A stretch of DNA of 64,000 bases from an uncultured virus (IMG/VR IMGVR_UViG_3300044715_001903) (IMGVR_UViG_3300044715_001903); one strand, 5' to 3'; counted from the first letter of the stretch, positions 1-9,482 are shown. The notes: generated by a model from the sequence alone, not told the origin. Translations and numbers: made by a program.

Positions 1-147
1 CAAAATAAATCTACAGTAGCAATGCTGACAGTCATTTCTCTCCTATTTTTGAGATATATAGCCCAACTAACTAGACTAGCGCATTTGTCCTACTACTACA
101 AGGTGGTGGACAGTCTGCATATTACAACTCACTTTGAGCTTTTTAAT

Positions 148-1620
148 TTAGGTCGAACTCAGGTTCTGAATTAAGTGAAACTTCTCCAACAAATCTTTTC
201 TATCTTTGATAGTTAGCGCGATCGCTTGCCTCATCTTCTCCACCTTATCGCCACTCAACCCTAAATCTTCACGAATAAAACTATCCAAAGATTTATCAGT
301 TGATTCTAACTTCTCAATCAATAATTGTGATTGAGATTTATTAGTTTTTGGCGGTTCTACGAAACTTCTCTTATCCCGATTATAACCTGAGAAATTAGGT
401 AATTCAGGCATCGGAATCCACTCATTCAAGCCACCATGAAATATTGCTCTCTTCACTGGTGACTGTTGACATAATGCCTTGAGTTCATCAGATTTAAGAT
501 GCTTGTCACTGGGGATTATTTGCGCCTTCAGAACTTGTTCACAGGCTGCTAATTGAGATTCAGAAACAATCACGTAAGGGGTGAAAATTGACTTTGATCC
601 ACCATCAAAACCAATTCCTGAGTTATGAGCATTTTGAGAAACACCCCAAACTTTAATCCCTCTAGAGTCGCCTGAACTGCTATACCCAATCATCTTAGAA
701 ACCAGCCAATTCAATGCCCCCTTGACGTTAGTTAAAGTCCTATTAGTGGCGGCTAGTTCATTGAAAACTAACAACTTAATCCCAGTCCCCGCATCAAATT
801 CATCGTAGGTTTTCAAGCATTTTTGAACCCAATTATAAACAAATGTTGGGGAACATTCACAGACATTTAGCCGGAATAAATAATCAACTCTCCCATCAAA
901 ATAGCCAGTCTCCTTCGGATCATCTTTGGGGTCAACAAAAAACACAGTGCAATTAGGATGAATTTTTTTTACCCAGTCCAAGGCATTGCTGACAAAATAA
1001 TCTTTACCGACTCCAGGAACACCAATGATCAAGGAATTTTTCAAATCCTCAGCCATCTTTTTAGCTAAGTCCACAGGCTCTTTATCAAAGGTGAGAATAT
1101 TAGTTTTGGTAATTGGTAATTGGTGATTGGTGATTGGTAATTGTTTATTGTCGGTTGTCGGTTGTCGGTTGTCGGTTGTCGGTTGTTCCCTGGTTTCTGG
1201 CAACCTGCGGACAGAGGGTGAGAATTGCCTAGCCGTTTCAACAACGTCTAGAGCGTCATGGGTGGTTGGGTAGCCGTTCTCCCTAGCCCAAACCACCTGC
1301 TTTATCACTTCTTCGTCTCCCACCTGGTTGCGAAATTGGCGTAACTTATCCCCTTTTAAAACATGGGCAATGCAGCCATATTGATTAATGGCCACCTCAT
1401 TACGGTTGGTGGCCTGGGTTTTTTCCCAGGCCACCTGCATAGACCAGGCTGCGACCAGTAGACCAGTGGGAGGGAAACCGGTTGCGGATGCCGCAAACAA
1501 CCCGCCAATTATGCCGCCGATAATGATGTACTGGGAGTTATCATTTTCAATGGCTTCGGCTGCGACAGATTGCCATTCCTGGGCAGATAATTGGTTTTGC
1601 TTGGGGTTGAATGCGGTCAT
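148..1620 (-). CDS. Membrane-anchored P-loop ATPase (FtsK/HerA/TraD-like)
   Basis: N-terminal hydrophobic segments, Walker A GVPGVGKD, FFVDPK motif, Walker B-like LLVFNE, SQ motif. Confidence 0.7.
   Translation of the reverse strand: MTAFNPKQNQLSAQEWQSVAAEAIENDNSQYIIIGGIIGGLFAASATGFPPTGLLVAAWSMQVAWEKTQATNRNEVAINQYGCIAHVLKGDKLRQFRNQVGDEEVIKQVVWARENGYPTTHDALDVVETARQFSPSVRRLPETREQPTTDNRQPTTDNKQLPITNHQLPITKTNILTFDKEPVDLAKKMAEDLKNSLIIGVPGVGKDYFVSNALDWVKKIHPNCTVFFVDPKDDPKETGYFDGRVDYLFRLNVCECSPTFVYNWVQKCLKTYDEFDAGTGIKLLVFNELAATNRTLTNVKGALNWLVSKMIGYSSSGDSRGIKVWGVSQNAHNSGIGFDGGSKSIFTPYVIVSESQLAACEQVLKAQIIPSDKHLKSDELKALCQQSPVKRAIFHGGLNEWIPMPELPNFSGYNRDKRSFVEPPKTNKSQSQLLIEKLESTDKSLDSFIREDLGLSGDKVEKMRQAIALTIKDRKDLLEKFHLIQNLSST
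1106..1186. repeat. Heptamer tandem repeats (AATTGGT/GATTGGT, then CGGTTGT x5) in the ATPase linker
   Basis: Directly visible; resembles Nostocales STRR heptamers. Confidence 0.85.
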
Positions 1621-1631
1621 TTTCTAATCCT

Positions 1632-1814
1632 TTAATTTGTTTTTCTGACAATAAAAGCTTCAAAAGCCCTTGCTACAACTCTTTTTCCCCTTTCAGTCCG
1701 CGGACTTCCTAGGTCATCTTGATTCAAGACTACAGCCGCATTTCTTGCTAAATTCTCTGGTAGTCCTTCAGCGTAAAGTGTCTCGGCATAGATTCTAGTT
1801 CTTGATTTTTTCAT
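1632..1814 (-). CDS. Small hypothetical protein
   Basis: ATG at 1814 preceded by GGAG; lies within the operon. Confidence 0.55.
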   Translation of the reverse strand: MKKSRTRIYAETLYAEGLPENLARNAAVVLNQDDLGSPRTERGKRVVARAFEAFIVRKTN

Positions 1815-2124
1815 GTTTTTCTCCAAAAAATAACCAAAACACAACCCAAAAAACCATCAACATCCTTAGCCCAAAATTAATCCAAGTTCTAAGCGGAGAC
1901 TTCCAAAATATTCGCCAATGAATAATAGAATGGGCGGTTTTTGAAAGTGGTACAATATCCCTAACTGGCATCTCCCTTTCCAGATTTTGATAAGTTAAAT
2001 GATGAGCGTGATTGCTCTTTAACCAAGGGAATAAAATACAGTGATTAGATGTCATTCGCTGAACGTGCTTTGACTTCTTTTTCCACTCAGGGGACATGAT
2101 GCAGGCCAAGTATTTATTAGCCAT
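1795..2124 (-). CDS. HNH-like protein with C-terminal transmembrane helix
   Basis: SPEW...HAHHLTY...LSKTAHSIIH pattern; hydrophobic C-terminus. Confidence 0.5.
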   Translation of the reverse strand: MANKYLACIMSPEWKKKSKHVQRMTSNHCILFPWLKSNHAHHLTYQNLEREMPVRDIVPLSKTAHSIIHWRIFWKSPLRTWINFGLRMLMVFWVVFWLFFGEKHEKIKN

Positions 2125-2794
2125 TGCGAGTGTGAGCTATCCGCATAAAATACATGGTTTCGCTGAACCAAAACAACAAATTAATGATTATTTCAATAGC
2201 AAACAAAGTAATCATTAATAGGGCGATATTTCCCCAGTCTAGTCGTGTCCACTGTCCACTAACCAAGATAAACATTAACTGCCCAAATCCGCCTTTACAG
2301 GGAGGATAAACCACTGTGCAGATCAAAAAATCAATGGCATAAGTAAGTAATGCCAAATTCCGAGCATTGTTCATGGTCAGGGTTGGAAAACGGTTGTACC
2401 AGCCTTTCAAAGCTGCTAATGCCGGATCATCTTTAGCATCAACCTTAAACTTTTCAGCCCCTTGGTTTTCGCTGATGATCACTCTCATAAATGCTCTATC
2501 TCTCTTCAGTAAAATGGGGAAAACTTCAATAGTTTGAATGATTCCCCACAGAATTAAACCGATCAGCCAGTGCATTGCTGAACCGAGTAATGCAGCAAAT
2601 CCATTAACAATAGGAATCATTGCAATTATCTGAATCAAAGATGAATCGCTAGTTGAATTTCTGATTACCAATTTAACAGCTTGGGCGTAAGGATTGATAT
2701 TCAGAAAAGCAAACCAGATACCAGCCGCAACACAAAGCCAATAGAGAACTTTAACAAACTTATTAGCTTGGAATCTTTTAACTTCTTGCGTCAT
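2117..2794 (-). CDS. Multi-pass membrane protein
   Basis: Several hydrophobic helices; overlaps neighbouring genes. Confidence 0.75.
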   Translation of the reverse strand: MTQEVKRFQANKFVKVLYWLCVAAGIWFAFLNINPYAQAVKLVIRNSTSDSSLIQIIAMIPIVNGFAALLGSAMHWLIGLILWGIIQTIEVFPILLKRDRAFMRVIISENQGAEKFKVDAKDDPALAALKGWYNRFPTLTMNNARNLALLTYAIDFLICTVVYPPCKGGFGQLMFILVSGQWTRLDWGNIALLMITLFAIEIIINLLFWFSETMYFMRIAHTRNG

Positions 2795-3264
2795 GATCTT
2801 GGCAATAAATAACGTTTATTAGCCCGTTTTTTAGCAGCATCAATCAACTTTTGATTGCCAGTAAAAGCCATTTCTGCTACCACTGGAGTTTTGCCCATCT
2901 TGACAATTACCCCAGTATTTCCATACCCATCACAGACCACAGCCCCAGCCGACAAAGGTCGTTTCCTGGCTGCATCCATGACTGGTTTCCCTTCCTCCAA
3001 TGCAGTCAAGCTGTCGGGAGAATTAGAAGCAACTACCATAACGCAACCAGACCTATATCTGCTGTCAGCGATCGGCGCTTGTGACTCAATCAATTGCTGA
3101 GCTGCCATCAACCGCATCTGCCTAGTGCTGTTGTCCTGTGCCAGCTTTTGCACCTCCCCCATTGCCGTCATATTGGCTTTGAGGTTGGGGTAGGAGAAAG
3201 CAAAGCACACACACAACCCTAAAAACCATGCCGAAGTCATGGGATTGCGATTAAGCCACCTCAT
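2791..3264 (-). CDS. Membrane-anchored or exported hypothetical protein
   Basis: N-terminal hydrophobic segment; ATGA overlap. Confidence 0.7.
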   Translation of the reverse strand: MRWLNRNPMTSAWFLGLCVCFAFSYPNLKANMTAMGEVQKLAQDNSTRQMRLMAAQQLIESQAPIADSRYRSGCVMVVASNSPDSLTALEEGKPVMDAARKRPLSAGAVVCDGYGNTGVIVKMGKTPVVAEMAFTGNQKLIDAAKKRANKRYLLPRS

Positions 3265-3959
3265 GAAACTGCTGTTTTCAAATCGGTAGAGGGCTTCCTG
3301 TAACGCTTCAGTAGTGATGAAGCCAGCTTCTGTACATCCTTGATCGAAGTAACTTGGATAGTTGTTGGCTTTTTTTCGCCTTCCACCTCACCAGAAACTT
3401 CCGCCAAAAAGGCATCAGGATCAAAATCGGTTTCAGCAGTCAATTTTTGCTGACGTTCAGCAACCTCTGCTTCGCTACTACCGCCATATTTCTGAATAAT
3501 GTCGTCTAAGTGACTGGGATTGCTTAGGATGTTACTAAAGGCAACCAATGTTTTAGCACTGTCCTCGCTCAAACTTTGTAAGCGTTCATTAGCTAAATCA
3601 GCAGATACTTTGTTAAGTACTTGTTGCTCTAACTCATCCAAAAAAACTGCTTTAGCAATTCCCTTACTAACAACAAGTTCAACAATTTCAGTTAGGGCAT
3701 TTTCATTGATATTTAACTCAATAGCGCGACTGCTTGCCAACTGAATTGCTAATTCCTGAGTTTCTTGAACAGTGGCATGAGGAAGTTGTCTAACTGCATC
3801 CTCCGTAGCACCAAAAGCCACTTCTAAAGCTTCTGTAACGCTCGATTCAAATTGACCATGCTCATTAGGCGTAACTCCCAACAAATCTAAAGCCATCTTG
3901 ATTTGTTCTTGGGTATACTGACCTTCAAAAAATTCTTCTATTTCTGATAAGGTGAACAT
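3261..3959 (-). CDS. Acidic helical hypothetical protein
   Basis: 232-aa ORF coupled within the operon. Confidence 0.7.
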   Translation of the reverse strand: MFTLSEIEEFFEGQYTQEQIKMALDLLGVTPNEHGQFESSVTEALEVAFGATEDAVRQLPHATVQETQELAIQLASSRAIELNINENALTEIVELVVSKGIAKAVFLDELEQQVLNKVSADLANERLQSLSEDSAKTLVAFSNILSNPSHLDDIIQKYGGSSEAEVAERQQKLTAETDFDPDAFLAEVSGEVEGEKKPTTIQVTSIKDVQKLASSLLKRYRKPSTDLKTAVS

Positions 3960-4375
3960 AAACTTTCCTCAATTATTAACTTGGTAAACTTTTCTTGTTC
4001 TTTCAAATAAGCCTCACGGGTAAAGTTTGCAAGTGCAGTTTTTACCGCTTCTTCTACTATCCAAACCTTGCGAGTACCATTATTTAATAACCCAAAATAC
4101 TCGCCGATTTTTCCGATTACCCAAACTTGGTAGGGTACAATCGGGATTTGATGATCAGGGATGTCTCTTTGCTTTGCTAAATTCCTTAATTGAATTTGAG
4201 TTAATTTATACTCTGGAATCTGCAAAGCCACTCGTTCCCATCTGATCCAAGTCCGACAGCACACCCCAATCATGCGCTGCCCCTGAGATTGAGACATCGG
4301 AAAACCAAGGGGATTGGGGGTTAACTCTTTTTGTGAATGTGGTTTAAAAAGTTCATTTCTCCACAACTTAATCAT
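3938..4375 (-). CDS. Hypothetical protein, possibly DNA-binding
   Basis: HTH-like segment MSQSQGQRMIGVCCRTWIRWE. Confidence 0.55.
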   Translation of the reverse strand: MIKLWRNELFKPHSQKELTPNPLGFPMSQSQGQRMIGVCCRTWIRWERVALQIPEYKLTQIQLRNLAKQRDIPDHQIPIVPYQVWVIGKIGEYFGLLNNGTRKVWIVEEAVKTALANFTREAYLKEQEKFTKLIIEESLCSPYQK

Positions 4376-4578
4376 CGGGTAGTCAGTAGTACCTTTTCGA
4401 GGGTCACTGCACTGGCATTATCCGTGTCATCAACCCTGTCATGCTGTCTATCAGCAGACAATCCGTTAACAGTTAACGGATTGTCTGCTGACATGGTTAG
4501 AGCGGAAAAAATCCTACCAGAGCCGCGATGAAAGCTAAGGCTTTGGAGTTGTTGACGGCTGTAAACTGGGTATGACAT
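4372..4578 (-). CDS. Small leader ORF (PxYSxQQL N-terminus)
   Basis: First ORF after the promoter; N-terminus resembles that of 33485..34513. Confidence 0.45.
   Translation of the reverse strand: MSYPVYSRQQLQSLSFHRGSGRIFSALTMSADNPLTVNGLSADRQHDRVDDTDNASAVTLEKVLLTTR
4451..4491. repeat. Perfect palindrome, 20-bp arms with a 1-nt centre
   Basis: TCAGCAGACAATCCGTTAAC-A-GTTAACGGATTGTCTGCTGA. Confidence 0.95.
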
Positions 4579-4666
4579 GATAGTTATGACCTTTTCTTTC
4601 GTGGATTTGGTTCAGAGTCGGTAGCTAAACTTTGGACGGTGTGGCTATCGGCTTTGCTATTTCTCT

Positions 4667-4695
4667 ACTGTACAGCATCACTAGAAAAATGTCAA
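4667..4695 (-). promoter_or_regulatory. Sigma70-type promoter
   Basis: TTGACA-17 bp-TACAGT; the -35 box contains the TGA stop of the upstream HTH gene. Confidence 0.7.
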
Positions 4696-5003
4696 GTGTC
4701 ACTAGAAATTATTTTTGGAGAGTCGAATAACTCCTGTACATCCCTGCCCAGCACCTTACAAATATGGCGTAACAGCTTAAAAGAGACGTTATGAGGTGCT
4801 TTAGGAAGATGAGGATATTCCATAAGCTGAATATACTGCTGTGAAACCTTGCCCCCGCACTGTACCACCATTTCCGCCAATTTTCGCCGCGATAACCTAC
4901 CACGCATGGCTTTGAGCTTTTCGGCATGACTGCTTTGCCATACCACTGTATTCACCAAATCTAAATCAATCATAATAAATTCTTTACTAGCTTGACTTGA
5001 CAT
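4692..5003 (-). CDS. XRE-family HTH regulator
   Basis: LKAMRGRLSRRKLAE...VSQQYIQLME...LRHICKVLG. Confidence 0.8.
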   Translation of the reverse strand: MSSQASKEFIMIDLDLVNTVVWQSSHAEKLKAMRGRLSRRKLAEMVVQCGGKVSQQYIQLMEYPHLPKAPHNVSFKLLRHICKVLGRDVQELFDSPKIISSDT

Positions 5004-5096
5004 TGTACCATTATTTTTATAGAGTCTTATTAGTAAATAGTAAGCATGAAAATCCTAAATGACCCCTAGACTTCTATTTTTGCGGAGGGAGGCAAT

Positions 5097-6119
5097 ATGA
5101 AGGGAGAGCTTCTCAAAAGGTTTTTCAGAGCGATCGCTAGTTCAGACCAGGAAGCGATTGACAAACTTACATATCTAGTTATAGAAGAAGAGCGCAGCAA
5201 AGGGCATACTCTCCTTGCTGACCAGTTAGAGAATATTACTAAAAAGAAACCTAAAGATCAAGCTCCCGACTTGATCAAACCTGTTTCCTCTCTTGCAAAT
5301 GCCACACAAACGACAGGAGAAAACTTACAGGGTTTAAGCGAATTACCAACTAGTAAGCGTTTTAACCTTCCCCTGGTAACGACCATACCAAGGGATAAAT
5401 TGCGTCATTACATGGTATTGCCTGAAAAAATTGAAAAGCGTTTTCAAAGAATTGAACGGGAGTATGCAGCAAGAGATAGACTAGCTCATCATGGACTGCG
5501 TTATCGGCAAAAAATTCTCCTTTATGGACCGCCTGGGTGTGGAAAGACATTAGGAGCAGAACGTTTAGCTTGGAATACAGGTTTACCGCTTTTAAAAGTC
5601 CGGTTTGATGCAATGGTATCGTCTTTTTTAGGGGAGACAGCCAGTAATTTAAGACTTGTATTTGAGGATGCTGCAAAAAATCCATGTTTATTATTTTTAG
5701 ATGAATGTGACTCAATTGCTAAGACACGAGAAGATTCTCAGGAAGTGGGAGAAATTAAGCGAGTTGTAAATACATTTTTGCAAATTTTGGATGAATATCA
5801 ACCTCCTTCTGGACTTATGGTAGCTGCTACGAATTTGAATAAATCTTTAGATACTGCCCTTTGGAGAAGATTTGATGATGTGATTGCAGTACCCAAACCG
5901 GGAGAAAAAGAACTAGAATTTATACTAAGGGAAACACTATCTGCAATTGAAGTGGGATCTATCAACTGGCCAAGAATTATTGAACAGATGAAAGATTTTT
6001 CTGCGGCTCAAGCTGTGAGGGTTGCCCAAGATGCAGCTAAACGAGCGATTTTAGAGCGAGAGGGATTAGTGATTCAGGAACACTTAGAAGAAGCGATCGC
6101 TGAAATCAAGGTTTCTTAG
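5097..6119 (+). CDS. AAA+ ATPase (type usually paired with an S8 peptidase, IetA-like)
   Basis: GPPGCGKT, LFLDECD, AATN, LDTALWRRFD. Confidence 0.88.
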   Translation: MKGELLKRFFRAIASSDQEAIDKLTYLVIEEERSKGHTLLADQLENITKKKPKDQAPDLIKPVSSLANATQTTGENLQGLSELPTSKRFNLPLVTTIPRDKLRHYMVLPEKIEKRFQRIEREYAARDRLAHHGLRYRQKILLYGPPGCGKTLGAERLAWNTGLPLLKVRFDAMVSSFLGETASNLRLVFEDAAKNPCLLFLDECDSIAKTREDSQEVGEIKRVVNTFLQILDEYQPPSGLMVAATNLNKSLDTALWRRFDDVIAVPKPGEKELEFILRETLSAIEVGSINWPRIIEQMKDFSAAQAVRVAQDAAKRAILEREGLVIQEHLEEAIAEIKVS

Positions 6120-6183
6120 TTTTTTGAGAGTTAAATTTTTGGTGTTTGGAGAAAAAAATGGTTTAAAGTTCTCAGTGTCCTAA

Positions 6184-6894
6184 TTGGTGTACAATAATCC
6201 AGAATCAGCATCACGGCATCACCCACCCCATGAGATGATCATTCAAGTAGTCAGCACCCTTTTACAAAAATGCCGAGCCTCACTCTTACTCTCAAACTTA
6301 ATTCTTATTGCTTGTCCCGACACCTCCACTTTCGCCAAGTTAGCCAGGTTTCGGAAGGCTTTGCCTAATGCCTTGGTCTCATGCTGTGGGGAAGAAATCA
6401 AAACTTCCTTAATGCAAAAAAACGTAGAACATATCACAATAGCAACATTGGGAAGGATGACTACTTTCTCAATTGTTCTTGATAAAAGGGTGCTTGCTGA
6501 TATGAATAATCCCGTGATAGAGATTTCACCTAGACAACTAATATTAGTGCCGCAACTGGAGCTAATAAAAGAGTGCTTGGCATACGAAGGAGCTTGTGGA
6601 ATTATTGGGATGTCAAACCATACAGGGTATTTCAGTAATGCCCAGATTGTTTTGTCGTCCAATGCCCATCCTAATGATTGGCTAGGCAAAAAAATGTCCG
6701 ATTGGTGGATACAACCGGAACTCGACGAATACTTAGGACGACTTCGCCATGATGGAAAATTGGAAAATTACTCCTATGTAGCCAAAATGATGACGGGAGA
6801 AAATGCCCGTCTGACCGTTGATTCCAGGTTAATCGTCTGGAATGGCGAACCCGCTCGACTAGTGAAAACGATTTCCCGCGAACTCCTGAGCTAA
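6184..6894 (+). CDS. Hypothetical protein with possible C-terminal PAS-like domain
   Basis: 236-aa ORF; C-terminal pattern suggestive of a PAS fold; start uncertain. Confidence 0.5.
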   Translation: MVYNNPESASRHHPPHEMIIQVVSTLLQKCRASLLLSNLILIACPDTSTFAKLARFRKALPNALVSCCGEEIKTSLMQKNVEHITIATLGRMTTFSIVLDKRVLADMNNPVIEISPRQLILVPQLELIKECLAYEGACGIIGMSNHTGYFSNAQIVLSSNAHPNDWLGKKMSDWWIQPELDEYLGRLRHDGKLENYSYVAKMMTGENARLTVDSRLIVWNGEPARLVKTISRELLS

Positions 6895-7480
6895 TGTCCC
6901 ATAGAACAATCCTGCCCATGATGAGCAGGATTAATAATTCCACAGAATTGAATAATGTCCTCAGCATTACCAAAAGTTTCCCCAGTCTTGGGATTGGTAA
7001 GCACACTGCCTAAGAGAATCAGATCCGTTTCAAAATCCTCTGATTCTCTCCCCTCAGAAATATCAAATAAATCCGCAAATTCAACCCCACACTCCTCTGC
7101 CATTTGCCTAAGCGTCCAGCCCTGAGTCTCCAACTCCAATTTAATCAATCTAACTAAAACATCCATACTAGATCCTTTAAAACGCTCCGAAGCAACATCT
7201 ATGAAATCATAGATGCTTAACGGAACTCCTCTATCGCAGGTAACGATCCGCGATGCAGCATCGCAACTAAAGTATTGAATTGTGGTATGCCTTGAGCATT
7301 TTCAATGCTGTTAATAGTCCTGTAGTTTATAGACATTCCAGAAACTTCACTGACAATTTCCCCGGCTTGGCGAAGCGTTATTTTTTTAAGCTCCCTTGAT
7401 TCCCGGATAATTTCACCAAGCTTGGCAAGTCCCAGTTTAGTCCAGAATTTAAATTTTGTTGATTTTTCGACAAGGTTCAT
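6891..7480 (-). pseudogene. Tandem-HTH CI-like repressor split by a 1-bp deletion (ORFs 7217..7489 and 6891..7166)
   Basis: Both halves are XRE HTH-like; restoring GCATCGC (7258-7264) to HIP1 GCGATCGC fuses them with no stop. Confidence 0.7.
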
Positions 7481-7644
7481 GTTTTCCACCTCATGCCTAT
7501 TTTATATCAGCACAAGGCATAAGTCCTAATGCAACAAAAATCAAAATATTAAGAAATGTAACGTTTTCGCTTTGTCTATTGCGCTGGACAAAAATATGTG
7601 GGATATTGTCTATTGTGAAGCACAAAGGACAAACCCATAAAAAA

Positions 7645-7854
7645 ATGGCAAGCAGAAAAAATAGCCAACTTCAAGTACGAAGCCAGCCAACGACTCGTAT
7701 TCATCGTGAGGATAAAAACCGAGTTAACGAACTGGCCTCAGAGCTAAATGTACTCAATCTTGAAGCTTTACGAATCGTCCTAATGGCGGGTTTTGAAGCT
7801 ATCGAAAACAGAACGGTAGATATACACAGAATTAAAGAGGAATTAGCAGCATGA
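7645..7854 (+). CDS. Small DNA-binding protein in the Cro position
   Basis: Divergent from the repressor; first gene of the rightward early operon. Confidence 0.6.
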   Translation: MASRKNSQLQVRSQPTTRIHREDKNRVNELASELNVLNLEALRIVLMAGFEAIENRTVDIHRIKEELAA

Positions 7855-8681
7855 GTTTAGCGATCGCCAATGCAGAAAGACCCGAAAACATTCAAGCATT
7901 AATTGATAAATGGCTTGAACAGGAACGGAACGGCGTTAGATTTCCAGTTGATTTTGAAACTGCTTGGTATATAGCCGGATATTCAAGGAAAGATTCCGCA
8001 AAGCGTAAATTGTCCAAAATGACCGAGGGGACTGACTTCCACAGGCTTGTGGAGGTTAAGCAACGCCATCAAAGAGGGGCGGTAGAAGTTGAAGTATTCA
8101 CCTTAACTTGTGATGCCCTAAAACATTTTTGCTTATTAGCAGAAACAGAACAAGGTAGAGAAATTCGCCAGTATTTTGTTGAGTGCGAAAAGAAGTGGAA
8201 ATTGGTTGAACAACACCATCCAGAAATTGCACAAGAAATTAATCTTGAACTTCGCAAGATGGAAATGCAAACCGAGATCCTGAAGCTGCAAAATGACAAT
8301 CTCAGACTGCAAGGTGAATTACGGAACATTGACTCAACCATGATCACCCTACATGGTGTAGAACTAACCCTTGCACTCAGAGGTAAATCAGATCAACTGG
8401 TCCGAGTAGAAACAGTTGTAACCGAAGTTGTTAACCCAAAGACCGGAAACACAGACCGCATCCTTACCGCAGAACAACTCAAGAAAATCGTCAAGCAAAA
8501 CACAGGTCAAACCATCCCCTCAATGAAATGGTTCACTGACAAACTTCGGGAGAAAGGTAGAGACGATCTACTAGTCCCAGTTACCCGCCATCAAATTAGC
8601 GAGTACGTCACACCGGAAACTCTAGCCGAAGCGATCGCCCTAGTATTCGGTGAAAATCGTCAACTGCTACTGGGGGAATAG
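7851..8681 (+). CDS. Phage antirepressor-like protein (AntA/KilA-type N-terminus)
   Basis: FPVDFETAW..AGYSRKDSAKR...ETEQGREIRQYFVECEK followed by a coiled coil. Confidence 0.75.
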   Translation: MSLAIANAERPENIQALIDKWLEQERNGVRFPVDFETAWYIAGYSRKDSAKRKLSKMTEGTDFHRLVEVKQRHQRGAVEVEVFTLTCDALKHFCLLAETEQGREIRQYFVECEKKWKLVEQHHPEIAQEINLELRKMEMQTEILKLQNDNLRLQGELRNIDSTMITLHGVELTLALRGKSDQLVRVETVVTEVVNPKTGNTDRILTAEQLKKIVKQNTGQTIPSMKWFTDKLREKGRDDLLVPVTRHQISEYVTPETLAEAIALVFGENRQLLLGE

Positions 8682-8689
8682 GGGAATAA

Positions 8690-9052
8690 ATGACAACCCT
8701 ACACCAAGAAATGTCTACCAACCTAGCCAAAGTTTTACCAGTAGACATAGAGCTTATCAAAGAAGCAGTTCGCCAAGTTTTAGATGAACGTGGCATCTAC
8801 CCTTCTCCACCCCAAATAGACCGACGGGAATGGTACGACACCAGCGAAGCAGCCCGATTAATAGGACTGAAAACCTCTGATTGTCTGCGGAAATATGCTC
8901 GTGACGGAGTTCTCCGAATGGGGATAGAAGTCAGAGACAGACGACTAACCAACAGGGAAAAACCCCGATACCAATTCCACATCGAAAAATGCAAACAACG
9001 GCTGGGAGTCCAACCCGCCAAACGAACCGGCCGTAAAAAAAGCGCGGCTTGA
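8690..9052 (+). CDS. Excisionase-like HTH protein
   Basis: WYDTSEAARLIGL...LRKYARDG. Confidence 0.6.
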   Translation: MTTLHQEMSTNLAKVLPVDIELIKEAVRQVLDERGIYPSPPQIDRREWYDTSEAARLIGLKTSDCLRKYARDGVLRMGIEVRDRRLTNREKPRYQFHIEKCKQRLGVQPAKRTGRKKSAA

Positions 9053-9089
9053 CAGTCCACGCAATCAAAAAAAACATTCAACTCAGATT

Positions 9090-9482
9090 ATGACCCAAAT
9101 TACTTCACATCGTGGCAGTGTCCGCAAAATGTCTGTTGCCGAAAATCTTAACAAGCAGCAGAGAAAACTGGGATTAGGTAGAGGCGATCAATGCCTACCC
9201 AGCCTCGAACGAAACACAGACCCCAATGAAGCTCTAATCCCCTGCCTCCACGCCGCAGTATTAATGCGGATTCAGGAAATATATTGCCAGGGATTCATCA
9301 GCCAAGAACTGGCATCAGAAGCAAAAGCCACAGCAAACTTAATTGAAAAGCGCGGTTTCCATTACCGTAAAGAATTTCTAAAAACAGCTAGAGCTATGGC
9401 TATCCTCAGCTTTCAAAAAGATGGATATAAAGCATTTGGATTGTTCTTTAAATCGGAGTTAAACAATGAAATTCAGCTTTGA
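9090..9482 (+). CDS. Hypothetical protein
   Basis: ORF within the early operon. Confidence 0.55.
   Translation: MTQITSHRGSVRKMSVAENLNKQQRKLGLGRGDQCLPSLERNTDPNEALIPCLHAAVLMRIQEIYCQGFISQELASEAKATANLIEKRGFHYRKEFLKTARAMAILSFQKDGYKAFGLFFKSELNNEIQL

Noticed and set aside
1106..1186. Heptamer repeats as a novel element
   Set aside because: Typical Nostocales short tandem repeats in a flexible linker.
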